Of a stretch of DNA of 64,000 bases, positions 34,261 through 48,672 are shown piece by piece; position 1 is the first letter of the stretch; the number at the start of each line of letters is the position of its first letter. A program made the translations under genes and the position numbers. Below the pieces are notes generated by a model, which was given only the letters and a program-made list of their open reading frames with translations, ran no database searches and was not told the DNA's origin. The stretch is from Escherichia coli (GTDB lineage Bacteria; Pseudomonadota; Gammaproteobacteria; Enterobacterales; Enterobacteriaceae): assembly GCF_030013595.1 (NCBI RefSeq), contig NZ_CP122768.1; one strand, written 5' to 3'.

Positions 34261-34920
34261 ATGCCAGCTTTAGATTTGATTCGACCGTCGGTAACCGCCA
34301 TGCGGGTGATTGCCTCCGTTAACGCCGAATTTGCACGTGAACTGAAATTGCCGCCGCATATTCGTAGCCTCGGGCTGATTTCTGCTGATTCAGATGACGT
34401 CACCTACATTGCGGCTGACGAAGCGACCAAGCAGGCGATGGTCGAAGTGGTATATGGTCGCTCGCTGTATGCGGGCGCTGCACACGGCCCGTCACCGACT
34501 GCCGGTGAGGTGCTGATTATGCTTGGTGGACCAAACCCGGCGGAAGTGCGTGCTGGTCTGGATGCGATGGTTGCGAATATTGAAAATGGCGCTGCTTTCC
34601 AGTGGGCAAATGACGCAGAAAACACAGCCTTCCTGGCACATGTAGTTTCGCGTACCGGTTCTTATCTCTCATCAACCGCCGGGATCACGCTTGGCGATCC
34701 GATGGCGTATCTGGTGGCACCGCCGCTGGAAGCGACCTACGGCATTGATGCAGCGTTGAAATCTGCCGACGTGCAGTTGGTGACCTATGTCCCGCCACCG
34801 TCTGAAACCAACTACTCGGCAGCATTTTTAACCGGTAGCCAGGCCGCGTGTAAAGCAGCCTGTAACGCCTTTACCGATGCAGTGCTGGAAATCGCGCGTA
34901 ATCCAATCCAGCGTGCGTAA
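34261..34920 (+). CDS. eutL: BMC-T (tandem-domain) shell protein EutL
   Basis: 219 aa. Confidence 0.88.
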   Translation: MPALDLIRPSVTAMRVIASVNAEFARELKLPPHIRSLGLISADSDDVTYIAADEATKQAMVEVVYGRSLYAGAAHGPSPTAGEVLIMLGGPNPAEVRAGLDAMVANIENGAAFQWANDAENTAFLAHVVSRTGSYLSSTAGITLGDPMAYLVAPPLEATYGIDAALKSADVQLVTYVPPPSETNYSAAFLTGSQAACKAACNAFTDAVLEIARNPIQRA

Positions 34921-34926
34921 CGGAGG

Positions 34927-35433
34927 TTGCCGATGATCAATGCACTGGGATTGCTGGAAGTGGACGGCATGGTCGCCGCGATAGATGCAGCTGATGCCAT
35001 GCTCAAAGCAGCTAACGTTCGTCTGCTCAGTCACGAAGTGCTTGACCCTGGTCGCCTAACGCTGGTGGTGGAAGGCGATCTGGCGGCGTGTCGTGCGGCG
35101 CTGGACGCAGGTTGTGCTGCCGCGATGCGTACCGGGCGTGTCATCAGCCGTAAGGAGATCGGTCGGCCAGACGATGACACCCAGTGGCTGGTTACTGGCT
35201 TTAACCGCCAGCCGAAGCAACCCGTAAAGGAACCCGACGCGCCAGTTATCGTCGCGGAATCTGCTGACGAGTTGTTGGCGCTGTTAACATCAGTACGTCA
35301 GGGAATGACGGCAGGAGAAGTGGCTGCCCACTTTGGCTGGCCGCTGGAAAAAGCCAGAAATGCGCTCGAACAGCTCTTTTCTGCCGGGACGTTACGTAAA
35401 CGCAGTAGTCGTTACCGTCTCAAGCCCCATTAA
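34927..35433 (+). CDS. eutK: BMC shell protein EutK (BMC domain plus C-terminal nucleic-acid-binding-like tail)
   Basis: 168 aa, MINALGLLEVDGMVAAIDAADAMLKAANV.... Confidence 0.85.
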   Translation: MPMINALGLLEVDGMVAAIDAADAMLKAANVRLLSHEVLDPGRLTLVVEGDLAACRAALDAGCAAAMRTGRVISRKEIGRPDDDTQWLVTGFNRQPKQPVKEPDAPVIVAESADELLALLTSVRQGMTAGEVAAHFGWPLEKARNALEQLFSAGTLRKRSSRYRLKPH

Positions 35434-35478
35434 CCTGTCGGAGGTGCCGGGTGTCCTACAACACCCGGCATTAACATC

Positions 35479-36531
35479 ATGAAAAAGACCCGTACAGCCA
35501 ATTTGCACCATCTTTATCATGAACCCTTACCCGAAAACCTGAAGCTCACGCCGAAGGTCGAAGTGGATAATGTTCATCAACGACAGACAACGGACGTCTA
35601 TGAACATGCTTTGACAATTACCGCCTGGCAGCAGATTTACGATCAGCTGCATCCGGGCAAGTTTCATGGTGAATTTACGGAAATTCTACTCGATGATATT
35701 CAGGTTTTTCGTGAATACACTGGTCTGGCGCTGCGTCAGTCGTGCCTGGTCTGGCCGAACTCGTTCTGGTTTGGCATTCCGGCGACGCGCGGTGAGCTGG
35801 GATTTATCGGTTCGCAATGTCTGGGAAGCGCAGAAATTGCGACGCGCCCGGGTGGAACTGAGTTTGAATTAAGTACGCCGGACGATTACACGATCCTTGG
35901 CGTAGTGCTTTCTGAAGATGTCATCACTCGTCAGGCTAACTTTTTGCATAATCCGGATCGGGTATTACATATGCTGCGTAGCCAGTCGGCGCTGGAAGTG
36001 AAAGAGCAGCATAAAGCCGCGCTGTGGGGCTTTGTCCAACAGGCGCTGGCGACGTTTTGCGAGAACCCGGAAAATCTCCATCAGCCTGCAGTGCGAAAAG
36101 TGCTGGGGGATAATTTGCTAATGGCGATGGGGGCGATGCTGGAAGAAGCGCAGCCGATGATGACGGCGGAAAGCATCAGTCATCAGAGTTACCGTCGATT
36201 GCTTTCCCGCGCCCGTGAATATGTGCTGGAAAACATGTCCGAACCGGTGACGGTGCTGGACTTGTGTAATCAACTGCATGTCAGCCGCCGCACGCTACAA
36301 AACGCGTTTCACGCCATTTTGGGCATTGGTCCGAACGCGTGGCTGAAACGTATTCGCCTGAACGCCGTGCGCCGCGAACTCATAAGTCCGTGGTCACAAA
36401 GCACAACGGTAAAAGACGCCGCCATGCAGTGGGGATTCTGGCATCTTGGGCAATTTGCCACGGATTATCAGCAACTGTTTGCCGAGAAGCCGTCACTGAC
36501 GCTGCATCAGCGGATGCGAGAGTGGGGGTGA
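35479..36531 (+). CDS. eutR: AraC-family transcriptional activator of the eut operon
   Basis: 350 aa; C-terminal AraC helix-turn-helix ([36 protein letters not shown]). Confidence 0.88.
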   Translation: MKKTRTANLHHLYHEPLPENLKLTPKVEVDNVHQRQTTDVYEHALTITAWQQIYDQLHPGKFHGEFTEILLDDIQVFREYTGLALRQSCLVWPNSFWFGIPATRGELGFIGSQCLGSAEIATRPGGTEFELSTPDDYTILGVVLSEDVITRQANFLHNPDRVLHMLRSQSALEVKEQHKAALWGFVQQALATFCENPENLHQPAVRKVLGDNLLMAMGAMLEEAQPMMTAESISHQSYRRLLSRAREYVLENMSEPVTVLDLCNQLHVSRRTLQNAFHAILGIGPNAWLKRIRLNAVRRELISPWSQSTTVKDAAMQWGFWHLGQFATDYQQLFAEKPSLTLHQRMREWG

Positions 36532-36536
36532 GGGAG

Positions 36537-37439
<903 letters not shown>

Positions 37440-38309
37440 TTACCGCTTTCTCGAGTGTGCTTTCTGGTTGTCAAACCAGTGGAAATAACTGATCACGCCT
37501 TCGGCAATCGCTGTGGCGATTTTCTGGCGAAACGCCGCAGTGCCTAACAGCCGCTCTTCTTCTGGGTTGGTGATAAACGAGGTTTCCACCAGCACCGAAG
37601 GAACCGACGGCGATTTCAACACCACAAACGCGGCTTGTTCGGTGTTGCGGCTGTGCAGTTTATGCACCGGCTTAATCTTTTTCAGAATATGCGAGCCGAG
37701 CGTCAGGCTGTTTTTAATAGTATCGGTTTGCACCAGATCAAACAGCACTTGCTGCAATAGGTGATCCTTGTCAGTCGCCTTTTTACCGGCAACTTCATCG
37801 GCGCGGTTTTCGCGTTCAGACAGGTATTTCGCCATTGCGCTACTTGCCCCACGGTTAGAGAGGGCAAATACCGAAGCACCGGCAGCTTTCGGGTTGGTAA
37901 AGCCGTCGGCATGAATTGACATAAACAGATCTGCGCCATGTTTATGGGCGATTTCAACGCGATCGTATAGTGGGATAAACGTATCGCCAGAACGCGTTAA
38001 ACGCGCATCAATGCCATGATTACGCAAAATGGAACGGACGTTTTTAGCAATCGCCAGCACCACATGTTTTTCTTTCGAACCGTTGCGCCCGATCGCTCCG
38101 GTATCAATCCCGCCGTGGCCTGGATCGAGAACAACGACACGTTTGCCGCCAGATTTTTTGGCTTTCGGCTTGCTGTGTCCGTTGCTGGTTTTTAAAGGTT
38201 CGTCTTTGGCGATGGCTTGCGACATTCCTGACAACGTCAGGGCAGCCAAACCGGCTTTCAGCACCTGGCGGCGCGAAGTGAGTGTTTTTAGTGGTTTAAA
38301 AGTGCTCAT
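37440..38309 (-). CDS. amiA: N-acetylmuramoyl-L-alanine amidase AmiA
   Basis: 289 aa; Tat-type signal (SRRQVLKAGLAAL) and amidase_3 domain. Confidence 0.9.
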   Translation of the reverse strand: MSTFKPLKTLTSRRQVLKAGLAALTLSGMSQAIAKDEPLKTSNGHSKPKAKKSGGKRVVVLDPGHGGIDTGAIGRNGSKEKHVVLAIAKNVRSILRNHGIDARLTRSGDTFIPLYDRVEIAHKHGADLFMSIHADGFTNPKAAGASVFALSNRGASSAMAKYLSERENRADEVAGKKATDKDHLLQQVLFDLVQTDTIKNSLTLGSHILKKIKPVHKLHSRNTEQAAFVVLKSPSVPSVLVETSFITNPEEERLLGTAAFRQKIATAIAEGVISYFHWFDNQKAHSRKR

Positions 38310-38522
38310 ACGGCCTGAGTTGTAATAATAAAGTTCCAGATGTTATATCGTATCGCGTAATCCGTTACGACCGTTTGCTGTTGAGAATTGTTTTACTTTT
38401 CATTTCAATAGTTGACAACTCCCCATTATGCCACTTTTTCAACCGATTTTCGTCAGATATTGGCTAATTCGACCGTTCACGCCATAATCAGCCTTTTAAC
38501 CCGCAAAAAGGTAACGAATACC

Positions 38523-38948
38523 ATGGAGATACGCGTATTTCGCCAGGAAGATTTCGAAGAGGTCATCACCCTTTGGGAGCGTTGCGACTTGCTGCGTCCG
38601 TGGAACGATCCGGAAATGGACATCGAGCGTAAGATGAACCATGACGTCAGTTTGTTTCTGGTCGCTGAGGTAAACGGTGAAGTGGTCGGAACGGTGATGG
38701 GCGGTTATGACGGGCATCGCGGGTCTGCTTATTATCTTGGCGTGCATCCAGAGTTTCGTGGGCGTGGGATTGCTAATGCGTTGCTTAATCGGTTGGAGAA
38801 AAAGCTGATTGCTCGCGGCTGCCCGAAAATTCAGATCAACGTGCCGGAAGATAACGACATGGTGCTCGGAATGTATGAACGCCTGGGATATGAACACGCC
38901 GACGTGCTGAGTCTGGGTAAGCGTTTGATTGAAGATGAAGAGTACTGA
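38523..38948 (+). CDS. ypeA: GNAT-family acetyltransferase YpeA
   Basis: 141 aa from [29 protein letters not shown]...; ORF track extends upstream to 38412. Confidence 0.8.
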
Positions 38949-39384
38949 GTTTCATCCTGTCCATTATGATGCACACGGTCGCCTGCGTTTACCCTTGCTC
39001 TTCTGGCTTGTGCTATTGCTTCAGGCGCGAACCTGGGTGCTGTTTGTCATTGCCGGTGCGTCGCGCGAGCAGGGTACTGCGCTGCTAAATCTGTTTTATC
39101 CCGATCACGATAATTTCTGGCTGGGGTTGATTCCCGGCATTCCGGCGGTGCTGGCGTTTTTGCTGAGTGGTCGGCGGGCTTCATTTCCCCGTATCTGGCA
39201 TGTGCTCTATTTTCTGTTGCTGTTGGCGCAGGTGGTTTTACTTTGCTGGCAACCGTGGCTGTGGCTGAACGGTGAATCCGTTAGCGGTATCGGGCTGGCG
39301 CTGGTAGTGGCGGATATTGTGGCGTTAATCTGGCTGCTGACCAATCGACGTTTACGCGCTTGTTTTAATGAAGAAAAAGAATAA
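38929..39384 (+). CDS. yfeZ: Inner-membrane protein YfeZ (start uncertain by a few codons)
   Basis: About 150 aa with multiple TM helices; overlaps the ypeA 3' end. Confidence 0.7.
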
Positions 39385-39444
39385 CGGCACTTTTTGGTGA
39401 ATTTGCACTCCAAGCAACGTTATTGAATAACCAAAGGAAGTGAC

Positions 39445-40020
39445 ATGAAATCGCTGCGTTTAATGTTATGCGCTATGCCGTTGATGCTGACCGGCTGTTC
39501 CACGATGTCGTCAGTTAACTGGTCTGCCGCTAACCCGTGGAACTGGTTTGGGTCGTCCACCAAAGTGAGCGAGCAGGGCGTTGGTGAATTAACGGCGTCC
39601 ACACCACTGCAAGAACAAGCCATTGCTGATGCGCTTGATGGCGATTATCGCCTGCGCAGCGGAATGAAAACCGCGAACGGCAACGTGGTGCGCTTTTTTG
39701 AAGTGATGAAAGGCGACAACGTGGCGATGGTGATTAACGGTGATCAAGGCACGATCAGCCGCATTGATGTGCTGGATAGCGATATTCCTGCTGACACCGG
39801 TGTTAAAATCGGTACACCGTTTAGCGACCTTTACAGCAAAGCATTTGGCAATTGCCAAAAAGCTGATGGTGATGATAATCGTGCCGTCGAATGTAAAGCC
39901 GAAGGCAGTCAACATATTAGCTACCAGTTCAGCGGGGAATGGAGTGGTCCTGAAGGGTTAATGCCTTCGGACGATACCCTGAAAAACTGGAAAGTCAGTA
40001 AAATTATCTGGCGGCGTTAA
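39445..40020 (+). CDS. yfeY: Lipoprotein YfeY (DUF1131)
   Basis: 191 aa; lipobox LMLTGC after the signal peptide. Confidence 0.78.
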   Translation: MKSLRLMLCAMPLMLTGCSTMSSVNWSAANPWNWFGSSTKVSEQGVGELTASTPLQEQAIADALDGDYRLRSGMKTANGNVVRFFEVMKGDNVAMVINGDQGTISRIDVLDSDIPADTGVKIGTPFSDLYSKAFGNCQKADGDDNRAVECKAEGSQHISYQFSGEWSGPEGLMPSDDTLKNWKVSKIIWRR

Positions 40021-40031
40021 TTTGCGTCTGA

Positions 40032-41015
<984 letters not shown>

Positions 41016-41025
41016 TCGTTTCTGA

Positions 41026-41062
41026 TTCGATGATTAAAGGCCAGCCAGTATCACAACTGACT
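41026..41062. terminator. Bidirectional terminator between the convergent genes yfeX and yfeW
   Basis: aaaGGCCAGCCAGtatcacaaCTGACTGGCCttttt. Confidence 0.65.
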
Positions 41063-41072
41063 GGCCTTTTTA

Positions 41073-42374
41073 TTACTGCTTTAACGCCGCATACACCTGA
41101 TCAACCACCCAACCATAAGTTGCAATCGGCAACTGACCGCTTTCGAACATATTGGGATTCTTTTGTGGATCGGCAACTGGCGAATGTGGCTTGTTGCTTA
41201 ACATCACAATCGCCATATGATTCACCGGATCGATAACGGTCACCGTCCCGGTCCAGCCAGTGTGACCGTAGGTTTGCGGGCTTGCCAGCGTGCCAAACGT
41301 CGGCGTCATGGTGGCATTACCATTCACGCGCCAGCCAAGGCCAAAAGTGGCATCTTCCTTAGAGCTGGTGGTGAACATCTTCACCGTTTCTGCATTGAAC
41401 AGCTGCACATCGCCATAGCCGCCGCCGTTCAGCATCGTTTGCATTAACACCGCAATATCGCCGGTATTGGAAAACAACCCTGCATGCCCGGAAACGCCGC
41501 CCATCGAATAAAAGGCTTTTTCATCGTGCACCTGACCCCAGAGAGTGGAGGTGCGGATATTCGGGAAATGGATCACGCCATCGCGGGTATTGCCGTTGAG
41601 TTCCGTGGCGGCAATTTGTTGCGGTTTAAAGCCTTTCAGTAGCGGATTAAACACCGTATGCGTCAGGCCGAGCGGGCGATAAATCGACTCTTCAACATAG
41701 CGGTCAAGTGGCTGACCGGTAATCGACTCGACGATAAATCCAAGCAGCATATAATCGACATCGCTGTAGATATGCTTGCTGCCGGGCTGATACTCCAGCG
41801 GCGTGCGCTTGATCATCTCCAGCGTCTGGCCTTTATCCTGGGAATATAACGCGCCCGTGACCGCTTTATTCGGGTATTGCGGATCTGCCGGGAAACCGCC
41901 GCTGTGATGCAGCAGGTCAGAAATCCGCAGCGTGTTTTTGCCTTTGATGGTGTCATTTGGACTATCGGCAAATCCCGGAATATATTTCGCAATCCGATCG
42001 TCAGGATGCAGCTTGCCTTCGCTCATCAGCTTTTGCAGCGCGAAGTTAGTGGCGTACATCTTGGTGTTTGAGGCCAGATCATACAGCGTCCCGGTGGTGG
42101 CTTTTACAGGCTGCGCCATTAACGCGCTGCCATCGTACTTTTTCGCCGCGCCCCAGGCTTTGCGATAAACAATCTGATTATCTTTTATAATCAGCAGGTT
42201 TACTCCCGGATAACCGGCATCAACTTGCTGGCTTATCCAGCGATCCATCTGATTAAGCCGTTCGACGTTAAACCCTGCTTTCTCTGGCGAACTTTCTGTC
42301 AGAACAGGGTATTTTGCGGCGCTGACGCTACAACTAACAGCCAGCAGAGAAAGATAGAGCATTGTCCGTTTCAT
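41073..42374 (-). CDS. yfeW: Penicillin-binding protein 4B / beta-lactamase-family D,D-carboxypeptidase YfeW
   Basis: About 433 aa from MKRTMLYLSLLAVSCSVSA...; start chosen at the Met preceding the signal peptide (the ORF track gives a longer ORF to 42461 that would overlap murP). Confidence 0.8.
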   Translation of the reverse strand: MKRTMLYLSLLAVSCSVSAAKYPVLTESSPEKAGFNVERLNQMDRWISQQVDAGYPGVNLLIIKDNQIVYRKAWGAAKKYDGSALMAQPVKATTGTLYDLASNTKMYATNFALQKLMSEGKLHPDDRIAKYIPGFADSPNDTIKGKNTLRISDLLHHSGGFPADPQYPNKAVTGALYSQDKGQTLEMIKRTPLEYQPGSKHIYSDVDYMLLGFIVESITGQPLDRYVEESIYRPLGLTHTVFNPLLKGFKPQQIAATELNGNTRDGVIHFPNIRTSTLWGQVHDEKAFYSMGGVSGHAGLFSNTGDIAVLMQTMLNGGGYGDVQLFNAETVKMFTTSSKEDATFGLGWRVNGNATMTPTFGTLASPQTYGHTGWTGTVTVIDPVNHMAIVMLSNKPHSPVADPQKNPNMFESGQLPIATYGWVVDQVYAALKQ

Positions 42375-42378
42375 GATA

Positions 42379-43803
<1,425 letters not shown>

Positions 43804-43806
43804 GGG

Positions 43807-44703
43807 TTATTCCTTGTCTAAAACCTGACGAATAAAGCCGCCGTGTTGATCAAGGCGTTTTTTAGCTTCTGCGGCATCGAGATTTTTCAGCACCATCACA
43901 ATGGCCGTTTTACAGTTGCGCTCGCAGGCAACCAATGCCGCTTCCGCTTGCTCTGCGCTACATCCGGTAGCGTTTTTGACGATATTGACCTGGCGCACAT
44001 GCAATTTTTCGTTGGTGGCGACCACATCGACCATCAGGTTGCCGAACACTTTGCCGGATTTAATCATCAGCCCGGTGGAGAGCATATTGAGCACCAGTTT
44101 CTGCGCCGTACCTGCTTTCATTCGCGAAGAACCTGTGACCACTTCGGCCCCAACAACTGGCGTAATGGCAAACTCAGCGGTGGCTGAAACGGCGCTCCCG
44201 GGATTACAGGAAATTCCCACTGTGCGGCAGCCGAGCTGGCGTGCGTATTCCAGTCCGGCAATTACATACGGCGTGCGACCACTGGCCGCAATGCCAACCA
44301 CCACATCCTGCGCGGTTAAGCCGATGTTTTTCAAATCATTAACACCACCTTCCCGGCTATCTTCAGCGCCTTCCACCGCGTGCTGAATGGCATATTCGCC
44401 TCCAGCAATCAAACCAACCACCAGACCCGGTTTAACGCCGTAGGTGGGCGGACATTCGCTGGCATCCAGAATCCCCAGACGACCGGATGTTCCCGCACCG
44501 AGATAAATCAGACGCCCGCCGCCGCTTACCTGGGCGTGGATAACATCGATCGCCGCGGCGATATCCGGCAGTACGCGCTCAACGGCGAGTGGTACAGTTT
44601 TATCTTCATCGTTGATAATCCGGCACATTTCCAGCGTCGATACGCGGTCAATTTCAGCCGAGGCGGCGTTCGAGCCTTCAGTAATCATCTTTTCAAGTTG
44701 CAT
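43807..44703 (-). CDS. murQ: N-acetylmuramic acid 6-phosphate etherase (SIS domain)
   Basis: 298 aa. Confidence 0.88.
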   Translation of the reverse strand: MQLEKMITEGSNAASAEIDRVSTLEMCRIINDEDKTVPLAVERVLPDIAAAIDVIHAQVSGGGRLIYLGAGTSGRLGILDASECPPTYGVKPGLVVGLIAGGEYAIQHAVEGAEDSREGGVNDLKNIGLTAQDVVVGIAASGRTPYVIAGLEYARQLGCRTVGISCNPGSAVSATAEFAITPVVGAEVVTGSSRMKAGTAQKLVLNMLSTGLMIKSGKVFGNLMVDVVATNEKLHVRQVNIVKNATGCSAEQAEAALVACERNCKTAIVMVLKNLDAAEAKKRLDQHGGFIRQVLDKE

Positions 44704-44874
44704 CGGTGGTGACCTTACTATTTACGATCAAATAATTGCAGATGTATGGAATCATATATCTCAATTTGCTAGTTTTAAAGGAATCATTGAGTCTGAAATC
44801 ACAGAGTGTGAAGAGCGTCAAAGGGCAAAATCCGTGTGCTATGCTGCGCGCAGGATGTGGTGAGGGAGTGGAAG

Positions 44875-45732
44875 ATGTTGTACCTGACAAAATTACGCAA
44901 TGCAGAAAGTGACTTTACTGAAAATGAGCAAAAGATAGCCGACTTTCTGCAAGCCAGGGTGAGCGAACTGAAATCCGTTTCTTCACGAAATATGGCGAAA
45001 CAGCTCGGTATTAGCCAGTCGAGTATTGTGAAGTTTGCCCAGAAGCTCGGCGCGCAAGGATTTACTGAATTGCGTATGGCGTTAATTGGCGAATACAGTG
45101 CTAGCCGGGAGAAAACGAATGCCACGGCGCTGCACCTGCACAGTTCGATTACCAGTGATGATTCGCTGGAAGTGATTGCCCGCAAATTGAATCGCGAAAA
45201 AGAGCTGGCGCTGGAGCAAACCTGTGCGTTGTTCGACTACGCGCGGTTGCAAAAAATCATTGAGGTCATCAGTAAAGCACCGTTTATCCAGATAACGGGC
45301 CTGGGTGGGTCGGCGCTGGTGGGGCGCGATCTTTCATTCAAACTGATGAAAATTGGTTATCGTGTGGCCTGTGAAGCTGACACGCATGTACAAGCCACCG
45401 TTTCCCAGGCGCTGAAAAAAGGCGATGTACAAATCGCTATCTCTTACAGCGGCAGTAAAAAAGAGATTGTCTTGTGCGCCGAGGCAGCACGAAAGCAGGG
45501 GGCAACGGTGATTGCCATTACCTCGTTAACCGATTCCCCGCTGCGGCGGCTGGCGCATTACACCCTCGATACCGTTTCTGGCGAAACCGAATGGCGCAGC
45601 TCGTCGATGTCCACCCGCACGGCGCAAAATTCTGTTACCGATTTACTGTTTGTTGGCCTTGTGCAACTCAATGATGTGGAGTCATTGAAAATGATTGAGC
45701 GCAGCAGTGAGCTAACGCAACGCCTGAAATGA
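44875..45732 (+). CDS. murR: RpiR-family HTH/SIS transcriptional repressor MurR
   Basis: 285 aa from [25 protein letters not shown]...; divergent from murQP. Confidence 0.85.
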   Translation: MLYLTKLRNAESDFTENEQKIADFLQARVSELKSVSSRNMAKQLGISQSSIVKFAQKLGAQGFTELRMALIGEYSASREKTNATALHLHSSITSDDSLEVIARKLNREKELALEQTCALFDYARLQKIIEVISKAPFIQITGLGGSALVGRDLSFKLMKIGYRVACEADTHVQATVSQALKKGDVQIAISYSGSKKEIVLCAEAARKQGATVIAITSLTDSPLRRLAHYTLDTVSGETEWRSSSMSTRTAQNSVTDLLFVGLVQLNDVESLKMIERSSELTQRLK

Positions 45733-45860
45733 TGCATAAAGCAGCGACTGGATTGAGATTTTCCTGAATTAGTGAGCTGATCCGCAGCAATATTTTGTTT
45801 ATCCTGTATTTTCAGAGGGAATGGAGTGTAACGCTCTGTATTAACAAGGAGAGCATTAAA

Positions 45861-46652
45861 ATGGGTAAACTCACGGGCAAGACAGCACTGATTACGGGCG
45901 CATTGCAGGGAATTGGCGAAGGAATTGCCAGAACTTTTGCGCGTCATGGCGCAAACCTAATCTTGCTGGATATCTCCCCTGAGATCGAAAAGCTGGCGGA
46001 CGAACTGTGTGGTCGTGGTCATCGCTGTACGGCGGTTGTCGCCGATGTGCGTGACCCGGCGTCGGTCGCCGCAGCTATCAAGCGCGCGAAGGAAAAAGAA
46101 GGGCGCATTGATATCCTGGTGAATAACGCAGGCGTTTGTCGTCTGGGCAGTTTCCTCGATATGAGCGATGAAGATCGCGATTTCCATATTGATATCAATA
46201 TTAAAGGCGTATGGAACGTCACGAAGGCGGTGCTGCCGGAGATGATTGCCCGCAAAGATGGTCGCATTGTGATGATGTCTTCAGTCACTGGCGATATGGT
46301 GGCCGATCCGGGTGAAACGGCGTATGCCTTAACGAAAGCGGCGATTGTTGGCCTGACTAAATCGCTGGCGGTGGAGTACGCGCAGTCTGGTATTCGCGTT
46401 AACGCCATCTGCCCGGGATACGTACGCACGCCAATGGCGGAAAGCATTGCCCGCCAGTCGAACCCGGAAGATCCAGAATCGGTGCTGACTGAAATGGCAA
46501 AAGCAATCCCGATGCGTCGCCTCGCCGATCCGCTGGAAGTCGGCGAACTGGCAGCCTTCCTCGCATCGGATGAATCAAGTTATTTAACCGGTACACAGAA
46601 TGTGATTGATGGCGGCAGCACACTGCCGGAGACGGTTAGCGTCGGCATCTGA
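45861..46652 (+). CDS. ucpA: Short-chain dehydrogenase/reductase UcpA
   Basis: 263 aa from MGKLTGKTALITGALQGIGEG.... Confidence 0.85.
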   Translation: MGKLTGKTALITGALQGIGEGIARTFARHGANLILLDISPEIEKLADELCGRGHRCTAVVADVRDPASVAAAIKRAKEKEGRIDILVNNAGVCRLGSFLDMSDEDRDFHIDINIKGVWNVTKAVLPEMIARKDGRIVMMSSVTGDMVADPGETAYALTKAAIVGLTKSLAVEYAQSGIRVNAICPGYVRTPMAESIARQSNPEDPESVLTEMAKAIPMRRLADPLEVGELAAFLASDESSYLTGTQNVIDGGSTLPETVSVGI

Positions 46653-46665
46653 TTCACCTCTGTTT

Positions 46666-46697
46666 CCTCCCTGCATTTGTGGGGAGGATTTCGTCTT
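46666..46697 (+). terminator. Probable terminator after ucpA
   Basis: CCTCCCtgcatttgtGGGGAGG followed by a U-rich tract (atttcgtctt). Confidence 0.5.
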
Positions 46698-46822
46698 GAA
46701 CCCGGTTCTTATTCCCTTTTCAACTTCCAAATCACCAAACGGTATATAAAACCGTTACTCCTTTCACGTCCGTTATAAATATGATGGCTATTAGAAAGTC
46801 ATTAAATTTATAAGGGTGCGCA

Positions 46823-47839
46823 ATGGCCGTTAACTTACTGAAAAAGAACTCACTCGCGCTGGTCGCTTCTCTGCTGCTGGCGGGCCATGTACAGGCAACG
46901 GAACTGCTGAACAGTTCTTATGACGTCTCCCGCGAGCTGTTTGCCGCCCTGAATCCGCCGTTTGAGCAACAATGGGCAAAAGATAACGGCGGCGACAAAC
47001 TGACGATAAAACAATCTCATGCAGGGTCATCAAAACAGGCGCTGGCGATTTTGCAGGGCTTAAAAGCAGACGTTGTCACTTATAACCAGGTGACCGACGT
47101 ACAAATCCTGCACGATAAAGGCAAGCTGATCCCGGCCGACTGGCAGTCGCGCCTGCCGAATAATAGCTCGCCGTTCTACTCCACCATGGGCTTCCTGGTG
47201 CGTAAGGGCAACCCGAAGAATATCCACGACTGGAACGACCTCGTGCGCTCCGACGTGAAGCTGATTTTCCCGAACCCAAAAACCTCCGGTAACGCGCGTT
47301 ATACCTATCTGGCGGCATGGGGCGCAGCGGATAAAGCTGACGGTGGCGACAAAGCCAAAACCGAACAGTTTATGACCCAGTTCCTGAAAAACGTTGAAGT
47401 GTTCGATACTGGCGGTCGTGGCGCGACCACCACTTTTGCCGAGCGCGGCCTGGGCGATGTGCTGATCAGCTTCGAGTCGGAAGTGAACAACATCCGCAAA
47501 CAGTATGAAGCGCAGGGCTTTGAAGTGGTGATTCCGAAAACCAACATTCTGGCGGAATTCCCGGTGGCGTGGGTCGATAAAAACGTGCAGGCCAACGGTA
47601 CGGAAAAAGCAGCAAAAGCCTACCTGAACTGGCTCTACAGCCCGCAGGCGCAGACCATCATCACCGACTATTACTACCGCGTAAATAACCCGGAAGTCAT
47701 GGACAAACTGAAAAACAAATTCCCGCAGACCGAACTGTTCCGCGTGGAAGACAAATTTGGCTCCTGGCCGGAAGTGATGAAAACCCACTTCACCAGCGGC
47801 GGCGAGTTAGACAAGCTGTTAGCGGCGGGGCGTAATTAA
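46823..47839 (+). CDS. cysP: Thiosulfate/sulfate-binding periplasmic protein
   Basis: 338 aa with signal peptide; first gene of cysPUWAM. Confidence 0.9.
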   Translation: MAVNLLKKNSLALVASLLLAGHVQATELLNSSYDVSRELFAALNPPFEQQWAKDNGGDKLTIKQSHAGSSKQALAILQGLKADVVTYNQVTDVQILHDKGKLIPADWQSRLPNNSSPFYSTMGFLVRKGNPKNIHDWNDLVRSDVKLIFPNPKTSGNARYTYLAAWGAADKADGGDKAKTEQFMTQFLKNVEVFDTGGRGATTTFAERGLGDVLISFESEVNNIRKQYEAQGFEVVIPKTNILAEFPVAWVDKNVQANGTEKAAKAYLNWLYSPQAQTIITDYYYRVNNPEVMDKLKNKFPQTELFRVEDKFGSWPEVMKTHFTSGGELDKLLAAGRN

Positions 47840-48672
47840 TGTTTGCAGTTTCATCAAGACGCGTGCTGCCGGGCTTTACCTTAAGCCTCAGCACCAGTCT
47901 GCTGTTTGTGTGCCTGATTTTGCTGCTGCCGCTCTCCGCGCTGGTGATGCAGCTGGCTCAGATGAGCTGGGCGCAGTACTGGGAGGTGATCACCAACCCG
48001 CAGGTGGTCGCGGCCTACAAAGTGACGCTGCTGTCGGCGTTTGTGGCATCAATTTTTAACGGCGTTTTCGGCCTGCTGATGGCGTGGATTTTAACCCGTT
48101 ATCGCTTTCCGGGCCGCACGCTGCTTGATGCGCTGATGGATTTACCCTTTGCGCTGCCAACGGCAGTCGCCGGTTTAACGCTGGCCTCGCTCTTTTCTGT
48201 AAACGGTTTTTACGGTGAATGGCTGGCGAAGTTTGATATCAAAGTTACCTATACCTGGCTGGGGATTGCGGTGGCGATGGCCTTTACCAGTATTCCATTT
48301 GTGGTGCGTACCGTGCAGCCGGTGCTGGAAGAGTTAGGCCCGGAATATGAAGAAGCGGCAGAAACGCTCGGCGCAACGCGCTGGCAGAGTTTCTGCAAAG
48401 TGGTGCTGCCGGAGCTTTCTCCGGCGCTGGTGGCGGGCGTGGCGCTGTCGTTTACCCGCAGCCTCGGTGAGTTTGGCGCGGTAATTTTTATCGCCGGGAA
48501 CATTGCCTGGAAGACGGAAGTGACGTCGCTGATGATTTTTGTTCGCTTACAGGAGTTTGATTACCCGGCGGCGAGCGCGATTGCTTCGGTGATCCTCGCG
48601 GCATCCCTGCTGCTGCTGTTCTCAATTAACACTCTGCAAAGTCGCTTTGGTCGGCGTGTGGTAGGTCATTAA
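47839..48672 (+). CDS. cysU: Sulfate/thiosulfate ABC transporter permease CysU (CysT)
   Basis: 277 aa; TAATG stop/start overlap with cysP. Confidence 0.9.
   Translation: MFAVSSRRVLPGFTLSLSTSLLFVCLILLLPLSALVMQLAQMSWAQYWEVITNPQVVAAYKVTLLSAFVASIFNGVFGLLMAWILTRYRFPGRTLLDALMDLPFALPTAVAGLTLASLFSVNGFYGEWLAKFDIKVTYTWLGIAVAMAFTSIPFVVRTVQPVLEELGPEYEEAAETLGATRWQSFCKVVLPELSPALVAGVALSFTRSLGEFGAVIFIAGNIAWKTEVTSLMIFVRLQEFDYPAASAIASVILAASLLLLFSINTLQSRFGRRVVGH

Noticed and set aside
44704-44874. TCACAgagTGTGA palindrome in the murQ-murR divergent region as a CRP site
   Set aside because: The half-sites are in the opposite arrangement and spacing to the CRP consensus (TGTGA-N6-TCACA); it may be a different operator (for example for MurR) but cannot be assigned from sequence alone.
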